DNA of 40,613 nucleotides from Basidioascus undulatus (Eukaryota): positions 1-40,613 of the forward strand of contig JTLS01000032.1 of assembly GCA_000826855.1 (NCBI GenBank). The letters are read 5' to 3'. Under the pieces are notes generated by a model. That model saw nothing but the letters and a program-made list of their open reading frames with translations, searched no databases and was not told the DNA's origin. Position 1 is the first letter of the stretch; every line of letters begins with the position of its first letter. Shown one piece after another: positions 1 to 10,944 of this stretch. The position numbers and the translations under genes were made by a program.

Positions 1-497
1 TGAGGGCGTGGGCGGAGGCGGATCCGAGGGAGGTGGCGCGGTTTGTGGTGCGGTGGTGTGGAGAAGGGGAGCGTTGACGATGATGTCCGAAGCGACGTGG
101 AGGTCGTTGCATGTGAAGCTGAGTTGCGTGCACTACTCCGAAGCGCCAAATGTTGACTTTCTCGCGAGCTGACATTTCTCGACTACAGATGAGAAAAGGC
201 CCCAAACACCTTCGGTTTCTCCAAACCGGTGTTCACGCCCAAAGAGGAGAAGAACAACAACGTAACAGTCCCCGCGCTCACCCCGGCAAACCCCCAGCCG
301 GGTCATCTCTCCTCCGCACCCCGCGGAGAGCCCGTGGAGGCCCCCTGGGGTTCCTCGTGTTGCTTTGCAGTCGTTTGCAGCGCTTGCAACCTCACTGAAA
401 GTCCTCAACGGCGACTGCGAGGCTTCCAACGACGAGATGGACATATTGACCATTCTCAATCTGACCGCCGGGACGAGGGACGAGTTCCGGCGAACAT

Positions 498-524
498 CTG
501 TCAGGCACTGTCAGGCACTGTCAG
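498..524. repeat. 10-bp tandem repeat (CTGTCAGGCA)x2.7 upstream of AGC1
   Basis: ctgtcaggca-ctgtcaggca-ctgtcag read directly from the sequence. Confidence 0.8.
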
Positions 525-889
525 TTCCCGAGGTTTCCCGCCGAGGCTGTCGGTAAGTACGCGGCGTAAGGCTTGTGCTTTTTGCTTGTGCAGTCTGGCA
601 ATTATCAATTCATGTGGAGTCCCATATGCAGTTCGTGTGTGCGTGTCAGGTGCACGGCACGTCAGACCGTCAAACGCGAGTGGCAGGAAGCGAGTAACGG
701 GTCGGGCCGGATTACCGATTCCGACTCCTGGCGAAGCTAGCGCTCTTTGCGCGCTGCTCTCTTCTCGACTCACCGACTCACACCCACACACCCATCCACA
801 CCCACACACCGCCTTCCCCTCCTGCTCCTGCTCCTCCTCCACCCACCCACACTCTTTACTATCCCCGCATACCCCAATAGACGGCGAGC

Positions 890-3800
890 ATGGCGCAAGA
901 AGGGGAGTACACGCGCTGGAAGCGGACGTTTGAGCAGTACGCGACTGTCGAGCGCCCCGGCGCGCCGGGCGAGCGCTTCCTCGACGAGAAGACGTTCGTG
1001 GACGCCATCGCGCCGAAGGAGGAGGACGCGTTTGCGCGGATTACGCGCGACCAGTATGCGATTCTGTTCAAGTGCGCGGACAGGCAGCGCAGGGGGCTCG
1101 TGTCGGTGCGTCCTGCGTCCTTTGTCGGTCTCTGTCGTGTGAGGTGGAGGTTCGGTATACACTGGGACTTGCTGGAGTGGGGACTTAGGCAGCGCGGGGG
1201 AGGACGTCGAGCATTCTTCTTTTTTGCGCTCCGAAAAGCTGCTGGCGATGCGATGCGAGGCGTTCCTGGAACCCACCCAGTCGGGATTGTTCCCGGAGGG
1301 AGGAGGGCCAGCAGCGGCAACCCGGCAGGCAGGCTCCGGCGGTGTCTTCCCGCTTCAGGCTGTTACACGACCTCTAACACTTTCTCCCATGGCTTCATTT
1401 GCATGTGAATGTGCAATTTCTGACGTCGATCTCTGTGGCGTTCCTTGCAGTGGGACGATTTCGTCGTATTCGAGACGCTCCTCCAAAAGCCAGACGCGGA
1501 CTTCATCGTCGCCTTCCAGACGTTTGATCTGTGTGTCGCTCTCACCCACTCTGCCTTGCTCCACCTCCCTCTTCTCCACCAAACTGAATCAGAGAGACAT
1601 ACCAGCGACGACTCGAATAACATCTCCTTCTCCGAGTTCAAGAAGGTCTTCTCCGCCTCGCTCCGGCCGAGCTCGATCCCGTTCGACTTCGACTGCAACT
1701 GGCTCAAGCTCTACCTCGGCAAGAAGCACGGCACGCAGGGCGTCACGGACGACGAGCACGTCCTGGGGTACCACGAGTTCAGCCAGATGATGAAGGGCCT
1801 GCAGGGCGAACGCATCCGCCAGGCGTTCAGGCATTTCGGTGAGCCTTCCCTCTTCCCCCTCCTTGTCCTCAGTTGCCCTCCTTCGCCCCTGGACAGCAGA
1901 CTGAGTGCGTGGGGCAGACGCCGACAACGACGGGTACATCGCCCCGGAGGACTTTCAGCGGATCATCTTGGTGCGTGGGCGCTGGGCTCGCCACTCCGGA
2001 GGTGGGTGGGCGCAGCCATGCTAACTTTGACCTTTGCCGCACGCAGGAAATCGCCTCGCACAAGCTGTCCGACTCGGTGCTCGAGCGCCTGCCGTCGCTG
2101 TGCACGCTCACGCCGGGCCAAAAGATCTCGTACGCGGACGTGCGCGCGTTCTACAACGTCCTGCGCAACATGGACCTCGTCGAGCGGTTCGTCTTTCCCT
2201 AGCCCTGCCCCAGATTCTAAGAGCAATCTCGGTGGCTCACCCCCCCTCTCCTCTCCGCGCAGGATCGTCCACGACGCGACGGTGCACGCCAAAGACGGGC
2301 GGATCACGCCCTCCGACTTCCTCTCCACCGCGCAGCGCTCGACGCGCTACGGCGTCTTCACGCCTATGGAGGCGGCCATCATCTTCCACTTTGCGTCCCC
2401 CGCCGCGCCCGTCTCGCACGCATCCGACGGCACGCCCCGCCTCGCGCGAAAGGACTTTGACCAGCTCCTCGACCCGCACTGGAGGCCTACGCCCGAGATG
2501 AGCATGGCGGCGCCGAAGAAGAGCGCGCTCCATGAGACGCTTACGGGGATTTACAACTGTGCGCTTTGAGATGGCGGGGTTGGGGATTTGTGGGGATGGG
2601 GTAGCTGATTTGAGGGGCGGGCGATGCAGTTGGGCTGGGTGGTGTTGCCGGCGCGACGGGCGCGACGGTCGTGTATCCTAGTGCGTTACCTTCTCTTACC
2701 CTCCCTTCTCGTCTCGCTAAGCCACCTTCGTGCACCACAGTCGACCTCGTCAAGACTGTACATCCTCCTCCTCCCTCTCCGCACCATCCCCTCTGACACC
2801 CTCTCCCACCTCCCCCTTTCCAGCGCATGCAAAACCAGCGCTCCGCCGTAGTCGGCGAGCTGCTGTACAAGAACTCGCTCGACTGCGTGCGCAAGGTGTA
2901 CAAGAACGAGGGCTTCAAGGGCTTCTACCGCGGCCTACTGCCCCAGCTTGTCGGCGTCGCGCCCGAGAAGGCCATCAAGCTCACCGTCAACGACGCCGTG
3001 CGCCACTTTGCAACGGACCCGGTTACGGGCCATATTTCGCTGCCGTGGGAGATCATCGCTGGTGGGGCGGCGGGCGGGTCTCAAGTGGTGCGTTCCCCTT
3101 TCTCCTGCCGCCCAGGCGCTACAAGCAGCTGAACTGATTGATTTGCCTGACTCAGGTCTTCACGAACCCGCTCGAGATCGTGAAGGTCCGCCTTTCTCTC
3201 CAACCGCTCGGACCCGGTAGCGTGCTGACGCACAGCTTGCACACACACAGATCCGCTTGCAAATCCAGGGCGAGGCGGCGAAGGTCGAGGGCGCCGTCCC
3301 GCGCGGGGCGATCCACATCGTGCGCCAGCTGGGCCTTGTCGGTCTGTACAAGGGCGCGTCGGCGTGTCTACTCCGCGACGTGCCGTTCAGCATGGTCTAC
3401 TTCACTGCGTACTCCCATTTGAAGGTGCGTGCTGCTCTTGCTCTTGCTCGGGAAGGATAGCGGTGGTCGCTGACTGGTTGGGTGCATGCGGGGCTGCAGA
3501 AGGACGTGTTTGGGGAGGGGCACAACGGGAAGAAGCTCGGGTTCGGGGAGACGCTCACTGCTGCTGCCGTGCGTTGCGGTGTCTTTGTTTCTCGGGCAAG
3601 GGGTTGCATTGCTGATTTGGAGGGACGCCGCCCAGATCGCCGGTATGCCCGCCGCGTACTTCACCACCCCCGCGGACGTCATCAAGACGCGCCTACAGGT
3701 CGAGGCGCGCAAGGGCCAGGCGACGTACAAGGGCATGATGGACGCGTTCACCAAAATCCGTGCGTCGCTGTGCCGCTTTCGTTCCTGCTTGTGGATCGTG

Positions 3801-4229
3801 CTGATGTGGTACTGCTTGCCGGGATCGGCAGTCGCCCAAGAGGGCCCGAAGGCGTTCTTCAAGGGCGGTCCCGCTCGCGTCCTCCGCTCGTCCCCCCAGT
3901 TCGGCGTCACGCTCGTCGCGTACGAGTGGCTGCACAAGCTGTTGCCTGTGGGTCTTTCCGCTTTAAAGACCTACCTATCAGTCGATGGGCAAACGTGACT
4001 GAATGAGGCTTTGCTGCTTGACAGTACCCCTTCGACCCGCAACAAGCGCCGTCCGTCCAGGCGCTCCTCCCCCGCCAAGAGGAGGACATCACCCGCGTGC
4101 GGGCGCGCCAGGCGCTCAAGATTCTGCTGGATACCCGTGCGTCGCGCATTTCCCTCTACCCTTTGCGCACGGAGTACTGAAACCAGCTCCGCAGACGGCG
4201 ACTTCGGCAAGGTTGCCGTCTCGTCCTGA
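890..4229 (+). CDS. AGC1: Ca2+-binding mitochondrial aspartate/glutamate carrier (aralar/citrin-like), multi-exon
   Basis: N-terminal EF-hand-like segments ([17 protein letters not shown]; [19 protein letters not shown]). After splicing there are three carrier repeats with the PX[DE]XX[KR]XR signature: [38 protein letters not shown]. Further motifs: [61 protein letters not shown]. Many GT-AG introns; stop TGA at 4227-4229. Confidence 0.95.
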
Positions 4230-6379
4230 GCGCGCTCAACGCCCGCCCAATCTGACTCTTTTTGCGCTTTCGTTCGTTCTCCTACTTAGAGCGGGACACC
4301 ACCATCGCATCATGACACTTTGCATCCTTCACTCTACATCATCATCATCATCCATCGACACTTCGTTTACCACCCTCATCTTACACCCGTCTCTCGCGAT
4401 TCTCCTACACTTACACTTACACTGACACTACGATTTCACTGGATCCCAAGAGGCGGACTTCAGGAGAGGAGAGGAAAGGAGTTGTACTTTCGTCGTTCGG
4501 TTTCTTTTGCGCTTTCGCTTGAGCTTTGGTTGGTTGGTTTCTGTAACGACTATTGTTGGAACTTGGGCGGACGGGTAAATGGGATGAGTGGGGTTGGGGA
4601 TGAAGGGAGCTGCACGTCCGCTTTGTGATGATATCGGTTATTGTCGACATGAAAAGGCATGCTTCGCTTTTTTCGCACGGCTGGAGATGTTTGTATTGCG
4701 CTGTTAACCTTCTGACGATCATATCGGGGGACATATTCGAGCAACGTGTATTAACTACGCAGGCCGTGAAATGCAGTCGCCTTCACCTGCGTCTTGCCGT
4801 CAGTCCATCTTGCATTTCACAGGGAGGCTGATGGAGCTCATCGCACGCACCTTTATCTGCTCGCTCAAGCCAACAGTCATGCGGCCACACACACTATCAA
4901 CCGGCCTTCTCCCCATGTTTCCCAGCCCTGCCGCCCTCTTCTCCCGTCCAAGATTGCATCCGCCTTGTCAAGGTCGACGGCGGTGTCACCCCACCGCACC
5001 CTCTTGTTCGCCACGCGCTTCCCGGTCTCCAATTCGACCGGGAACTCGACCAGTCTAGCCGCACCTCCGGGAGTCTCCGTTGTCGTCGGCGGAGACGGGG
5101 GAGGGGGCAACGCTCGCGCGGCGAAGGGGTTTCCTGCACGCTGCGTCTTCGCGATCGACGGCGTGTCGCAGTCGATGAAGTTGAGAAGGGCTTCAGAGGT
5201 CGACATTGCTCTTCTGGATGTTTAGGACTCAACGTGGGGGCTGGAAACCGTCAAGGGGGCGGCGCAGGTATAAATGGGTCGAAGAATCCTGATCGGCAGC
5301 ACGGCCAGATCGCGGGGCCGAGGACGCACTGTTCAGAGCGGAAGCATCTTGCTCAGCATCGGAAGTCACGCTGAGAGGCTGATGTGCACGATGCAGGAGT
5401 CGTATGGTTCCCCTCTATGTCAGGTCTGGGCTGCTTTTGAGAGGCCAGAGCTCGGGAAAGAAAAGGAGGCAATCGCGAGAACGACGATCTGGAAGGTGCA
5501 AGGAAGCAACCTTCGCTGCAAAGCTGTTAATGCGCCGGTTAATTGTGTGGCATTGTGGATACACATCTTGAAGAAAGAAACTGAGTAAGAATATCTTGTG
5601 TCTGGCCAATGACACGAGAAGAGCCGTTTAAGGAGTTGCTGAAAATCTTCGCAGGCGGGCGGGTCTCCAAAGCAGACCCATTATAGAACACCATGGGACT
5701 CGGTGTGCAGGTGTAAGACATACTGTTACTTCAAGGTCGGTTATAGCGACCCGGTTCCATGCCCTCACAGGTTTCAGGGAGTCCAGCTGCGCTCGCTCTG
5801 CCTCTCAAGAGGTATTGTAGGTGTTCGGAAGCGTTCACGTTTGCCTCGAGCTCTCAGACGCCGCCGCGGGCGTAGGCGCAGGCATAAGTTCGTCGTGGTG
5901 TTCAATGCTGAGGCGTTTAGAAAGGGGCTGCGCTCGCTTTACTATCACGATTGGCCTTGTGAGTTCACCACCCGGACTTGTTATCGACTTTCACCCAAAT
6001 AGACACAACAACAATATATTTCATGCGCAATGTGAAAACCAGCCCGAGGCAGTTCTGCACCACGTCGTGGACAGCCTTCGCAGTGCTCCTCGACATTCAT
6101 CCACTTTAACCGCTATCGGAGGAGAGACAATGCTGTCTGGGGGTTCTTCTTTCGCTGAGGACAAAAGAGCAGATTATACCAATATAAAAAACGTCACATG
6201 AAAACCAGCGAAGTCCTTGAGCGGCACTGCGCGCACCGAGCGCTTGAGCAGCCCAAGTGCAATCCACTTTCATCTGACTTGCTAGAAAAGGCAATGCTCT
6301 CATGATTTCATTACTTCGGCCAAGCCACTATTTTTCCCAGCCCCAGACGACGCACGTAACTACGCATAATGCCCGCTGC

Positions 6380-7900
6380 TCAAAGCTCTGGCTGGGCTCC
6401 GGCATATCGAGCGTCCTTAAAGACGTCACGGAGAGGCTTGCCTAGTACCGGCAAGAATCTCGATCTGGTAACGCACCGGCGTGACGAACGGGCCGTGCAC
6501 CGGCCCCCAGAACATTTTTGGCGACCACTCGTCGATAAGGTTCGCAAGCGTCTGCAGATGGCCGTACGCTGCCGGCTGCGGTCCGGTGGGGCGGTGGCGG
6601 GCGACGAGGGTGACAAACGCGACGAGGGGGATCATGAAGAGGGCGAGATAGACGAGCTACAGGCAGGGAAAACATGTTAGTCTGACGACAGTAAAGAAAG
6701 CAGTGTGGTTCGCACGCACCTGGGAGACATCCCTTTTGCGAACAGCCAGTAGAGTCCGAACTTCAACAAGAGCAAGACGAGGGAGTGCCAGCTCGAGAGA
6801 ACGACGACAACCGGGTTCTTCGAGGGTCCCGCACCGTGGCGGGGGATAACGCATCGCGCCACGTCTGCTCGTCCCGAACGAGCTGGACCACTAGCTTGCA
6901 ACATTGGAGGCCCAGGTGAGTATCGCGTGGATGGTGCTCATCAGCGCGACGGCCCAGATGGTGACGGTCGGCGAGACGTAGCTGTCCCAGTTTATCGCGA
7001 TGCAGAGCAGAGGCCTAGAGCCGCCCAGCATAAACGTCCAGCTCGAGCATCACGGGCGCACTGACTTGTGTGCTCCCAGGCCGAAGGCTGGCGGTTCAGC
7101 GTTTGGACGGGCTCAGGAGATAACGGGTCAGCTTCGGAATCGGAGACTGAGCGCATGCAGCGGTTGGGAACGTGACGAAACTGCTTGCTCGAGAGAAGCG
7201 CCGCAGTAACGTCCAGCGGACTGCTGCTCCACGTCTTCACCTCTGTGAAAATGTAACTGATCAGAGCTAGCATCGCCTGAAGAAGGATGGCGACCCCCAT
7301 CATGAGGAACAGTAGTAAGGATATGAGAGCTTTGTGGATGACCTCCTTCGGTGTGAGGGACGGCATAGTTGGGAAGGAAGAACCGATCAGTGAGGACGGC
7401 GAGTTTACGGTGCTCTGTTCGAACCCACAGCCATCAGATGCAGTCCTGTAATTTACCCCGACAATGAGACGGCTCACCCATCACTACCAGCTGTGCATAA
7501 GGGAAGCGTTATCTTCGCGGACCCATGACATGCGTGGACGTCAGTACAGCCTCGCCATCTTGGGGAGAGCAGACACTCTCCCTGGTGCCCTCAATCCGGA
7601 GTGCGTCCTTCTCCATCTTCTCCAACATCATGTCCCGCAAATACCTCAGGGAACGTTGGGTGTTCTCGCCGACCAACGTTGCCGCGCCCATGGACATGTA
7701 GGGCAATGGCATTTCTGCGCGGAGGACGTTGACAAGTGTGACGTGGTCGTCTGGCTGTGCAAGGTTCTCGATGTAGCTGTGAAGAGTTCACTCTCGGTCA
7801 AAACTTTGCACTCAGCGCGGTAACTGGAGGGTAGGTACTAGTCCAAAGCTTAGGGCAGTGCTTGTCAGCGCCAACTGAAGTGAGCGGGCTAGAGACCAGC
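6380..7900 (-). pseudogene. Degenerate gene of an uncharacterised fungal multi-pass membrane protein family (TWSSSPLD...RCMRSV...QPSAW...GPQPAAYGHLQTLANLIDEW motifs)
   Basis: Collinear minus-strand fragments: hydrophobic MMGVAILLQAMLALISYIFTEVKTWSSSPLDVTAALL...RCMRSV...RQPSAWEH (6992-7477 ORF); SWHSLVLLLLKFGLYWLFAKG; RPTGPQPAAYGHLQTLANLIDEWSPKMFWG; VRHAG; KPLRDVFKDARYAG. Frameshifted between FWG and VRHAG relative to the second copy. The 5' boundary is uncertain and may extend to ~8400. Confidence 0.65.
6469..6584. repeat. Dispersed direct repeat, copy 1 (paralogous to ~14697-14824)
   Basis: Shared blocks taacgcaccggcgtgacgaac, cccagaacat and gcgtctgcagatggccgtacgctgccggctgcggtcc. Confidence 0.9.
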
Positions 7901-9347
7901 GCATCGATAACACCGTATCCTGCCAAGCGATCATCACTCTTCGCTTGTGCGGCTGGCTATGCCGAACCGACCGATCCTTGAGGACCGCTGATGGTGTGGT
8001 ACTGGCCGGCGTGGAGTCGCCGCTTGAGCAGATCGTCGGTCCAGAGCGGTGGGAGCACGGGCTGCGAAGCTCATGTAAGGTCAATGGCTCGGAATAGACA
8101 CCATTCATTAAACAACGTGCCTCGTCATAGGATCTGATTGCGCTGGACGAGGAGCGGGAGTTGAAGGCGAGAGCTGCGGGCCTTTGAAAGAGGTAGGCTT
8201 GAAAGAGGCAGGCATGTTGGAAGTTGATTGCGACGACTACAGAAGTGGGGATGGGGGTTGATGGGTGCTGGCGGCCATGCGCAGGACCTTAATAGGCATG
8301 GAAGGTGTTGCGGCTTCAGGATTGTTGCTGCATCGGGGCCAGATCGGGGCGCGCGGTGCTGTTGAACTTGGCGAGCGAGCGCGAGTACGCGAGAAGAAGG
8401 GCGGCGATGTTCTTTCATCTCCGATTCTTCGCCGGGCTCAACAACGGCTGGGAGTCAAGTAAATGAATTTAAGAGTTATTTAGGGCTTAAGCACTTTCAT
8501 TCAGCAATAGAGACAGCAGCAGGACTAAGAGAACTTGCAGGGGTGAAAGCTGCCGACGAAGGAGTTGAGCGAAGTTTGGTTGGCAGTTTGTCACTCTCTC
8601 GAACCAGCTAAGATCAAGGTAAGCCAGCAACGACCACCGACTGGTACCGAGCCGATGGTCACTGGCGCTTGAGTCACTGTACGCTACTATCCAAGGCATG
8701 GCGTATCAATGAGGCCCCTGACCAAAGGTCTTGCTCGGGAACATGCAATCTACTTCACTCCATCGGTGCCTTCAGTCCCTTGAATGCAGTGCGACGTGGG
8801 CGACCTTTGTGTTACTTTTCGAAACCCCATCTTCAGTGCATTGAGCTGACTGGCCTGAAGATATTCTTTGAATCAACGCCTGCGAGTGGATAGTCAGTTT
8901 CAATACAAGTCCTCGGAGGAACAGCGAACGCAACAAAATGCGTATGAACGCGTGAGCACCCCGCCCGGCTAACAGTATAACTAAGAGGATTCTGTGCCGG
9001 AGCTGAGTGGGGCTTGACTGAGAGCAACGACGGTTCAAACTGCAAGTTAGTTAAATGCAAAGCACACGCAACAAGACAAGAACATGGCACCCAGACAAGG
9101 ACCTTGCGTCGAGACGACAACCTTCAACCAACACCACACACCTCTTATCCCGGAAGACACTGTTTATAGGTCAGAACTTCAAGCAAGGTAAGCAAGCACA
9201 CTTGACACCTTCGGAGACATCCCCAGACCCCAAAGTTTCAATGTCACGGTGGTGTATTAAGGATACGGTCGTAAGGTAGCGTGTATCATGTCGTAAAGGG
9301 TCCGCTTCCGTTCCTTCCCATCCCCTCAGTCCTCCCTACCACCTTGA

Positions 9348-9665
9348 TCACACATGCCCTCCTCGCCTCCGAGCACCACCGCGGTACTGCGAAGGAGACG
9401 TCCGACAATCAGCACTTAGCCCTCCGCATGCTGTAGTCTCAAAAGAGACATACCTTGCCGCAAGTGATGACACAGAGGATCGCGTTACAGATGGCCACAA
9501 GGACGCTGGTGATACCACCGACAATCGCCATGAACACTGGAAGAGGGAAGAGGCGCGTCAGTCGACGCGTACCACACACACGATGTCAGAAAGAGGCGCA
9601 CCGGAGGCTATAGCGGAAATAACCGAGTTGATTGCTCGGCCGATGGCGCTGAATACGGAGCCCAT
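9348..9665 (-). CDS. 61-aa hydrophobic microprotein with 3 coding exons (9665-9602, 9536-9454, 9386-9348): MGSVFSAIGRAINSVISAIASVFMAIVGGITSVLVAICNAILCVITCGKYRGGARRRGGHV
   Basis: Two canonical introns (65 nt GTGCGC..CTGAC..CCAG; 67 nt GTATGT..GCAG) join an uninterrupted frame ending in TGA. Start context CAACATGG, a probable 5'UTR intron (GTGAGT donor near 9830) and an upstream TATAAA. Confidence 0.85.
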
Positions 9666-9940
9666 GTTGCGTTAGACTAGAATGTAGACGGCTATTCGGG
9701 AAGGGCGAAGTCAGTAACAGCTACGATGCGAGACGCAGGTTGATGCATGCGACAACCGTTGGTCACCCCGACTAAGCTGTACCTCGGCCCCATCGTATAC
9801 TAGCCGCCGACCAGCCATAGAACTACGACTCACTGATACGGTTTGGTCCAAATTAGTGATTACTCGTGAAAGTCGTTGGTTCGTTCGAGCTGTGAGTGTG
9901 TGTTGTGTGAAGAAGAGAGCTTTGTGACTTGCCCATGGCC

Positions 9941-9946
9941 TTTATA
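9941..9946 (-). promoter_or_regulatory. Putative TATA box of the microprotein gene
   Basis: TATAAA on the minus strand, followed by a CT/CA-rich leader and a GTGAGT donor before the ATG. Confidence 0.5.
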
Positions 9947-10944
9947 CACCCTCGGAGACACACCTCCCTCTCGGACTTTCCTCAATGACGCACTTCTTTG
10001 ATATGAGTTTCCACACCGCAGCACATCCGTCTACGCCCAATGCGAATGCTCGTCATGAGCGCCACGACTCCCCAGGGTCTCGCGGAGCTGAGCTGTGGGG
10101 GAGGAGAGATAAGAAAGAAGTCAAGTGACGTCACTTTCTTCGCCGCTTCCCGGACCGACAGGTCCAGCTGGACGCTACGCCTCGTTGTGGCAAGTTGTGG
10201 GACTGGATGGCGGAGACCATACGCTCAAAAATGATCATGGATACCTGTACATGTTGAGGTGGAGCTATAGATGATCTATGGCGGGCCGATGCGCACCGAA
10301 TCTGCCCAACGTAAACAGCGAGGGATCTGTCTGTATCAGCCGAAAACTGTGGAATAATTTTAACATTACCTAACCATGTTACCTAGGGATGCTGAGCAGT
10401 GCGGCATCAGGTAGCATGAGTCCGTCCCAGGCGGTCGTGCCTGCCGGCGGCAATCTGCACCGGACTCAGCGTCACGGCCGCTTCGTTTGCGCTGAGTGAC
10501 AGATGCACATAGTTTTATGATATTTTCGGGGCCTGGGTACTCTATATTGAGAGCGAAAAATAATTGAACATGTAGGTTGCTGAACATGAATCTTCGAATC
10601 GTTTTCACGGTTCTTCGCTTGGCCGGCTCTTCGCGGCTTACCAGCTTGGTCACTTCTTGGCTGGTCTATACCTTGGCTGTGTACCAAATTTATCTTCTGA
10701 GTAACTAACACAACAGCTGGAAGACAGACGAGCACGCCACGCAGCGATTGCCATGCTAAACGTCGGAGACGCTCTCATCGGGGTGAGGATTCCAGTCGCT
10801 TCACGCAACGAGCTCCTTTTCCCCAGACGGAAGACCGTGCTCCAGAACCAGCCTCAGGGACTATGGATTGATTTGCATACAAAAGCTGCTCTCTTGCCCA
10901 CCATCTCTCATCTGCTCATCACCACCAACTCGCAAAGCCCAGCC

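Noticed and set aside
1..460. Short ORFs at the left edge (133-459 -, 229-933 +, 365-556 +)
   Set aside because: No recognisable motif. The low-complexity C/G-skewed sequence is more consistent with the leader or promoter of a divergent gene outside the window.
4300..4432. (CAT)n and (ACACTT)n runs after the AGC1 stop
   Set aside because: Ordinary short 3'UTR microsatellites.
4625..4715. GTGATGA ... CTGA pair suggestive of a C/D box snoRNA
   Set aside because: No terminal stem and no guide that I can match to cytoplasmic rRNA; such short boxes occur by chance.
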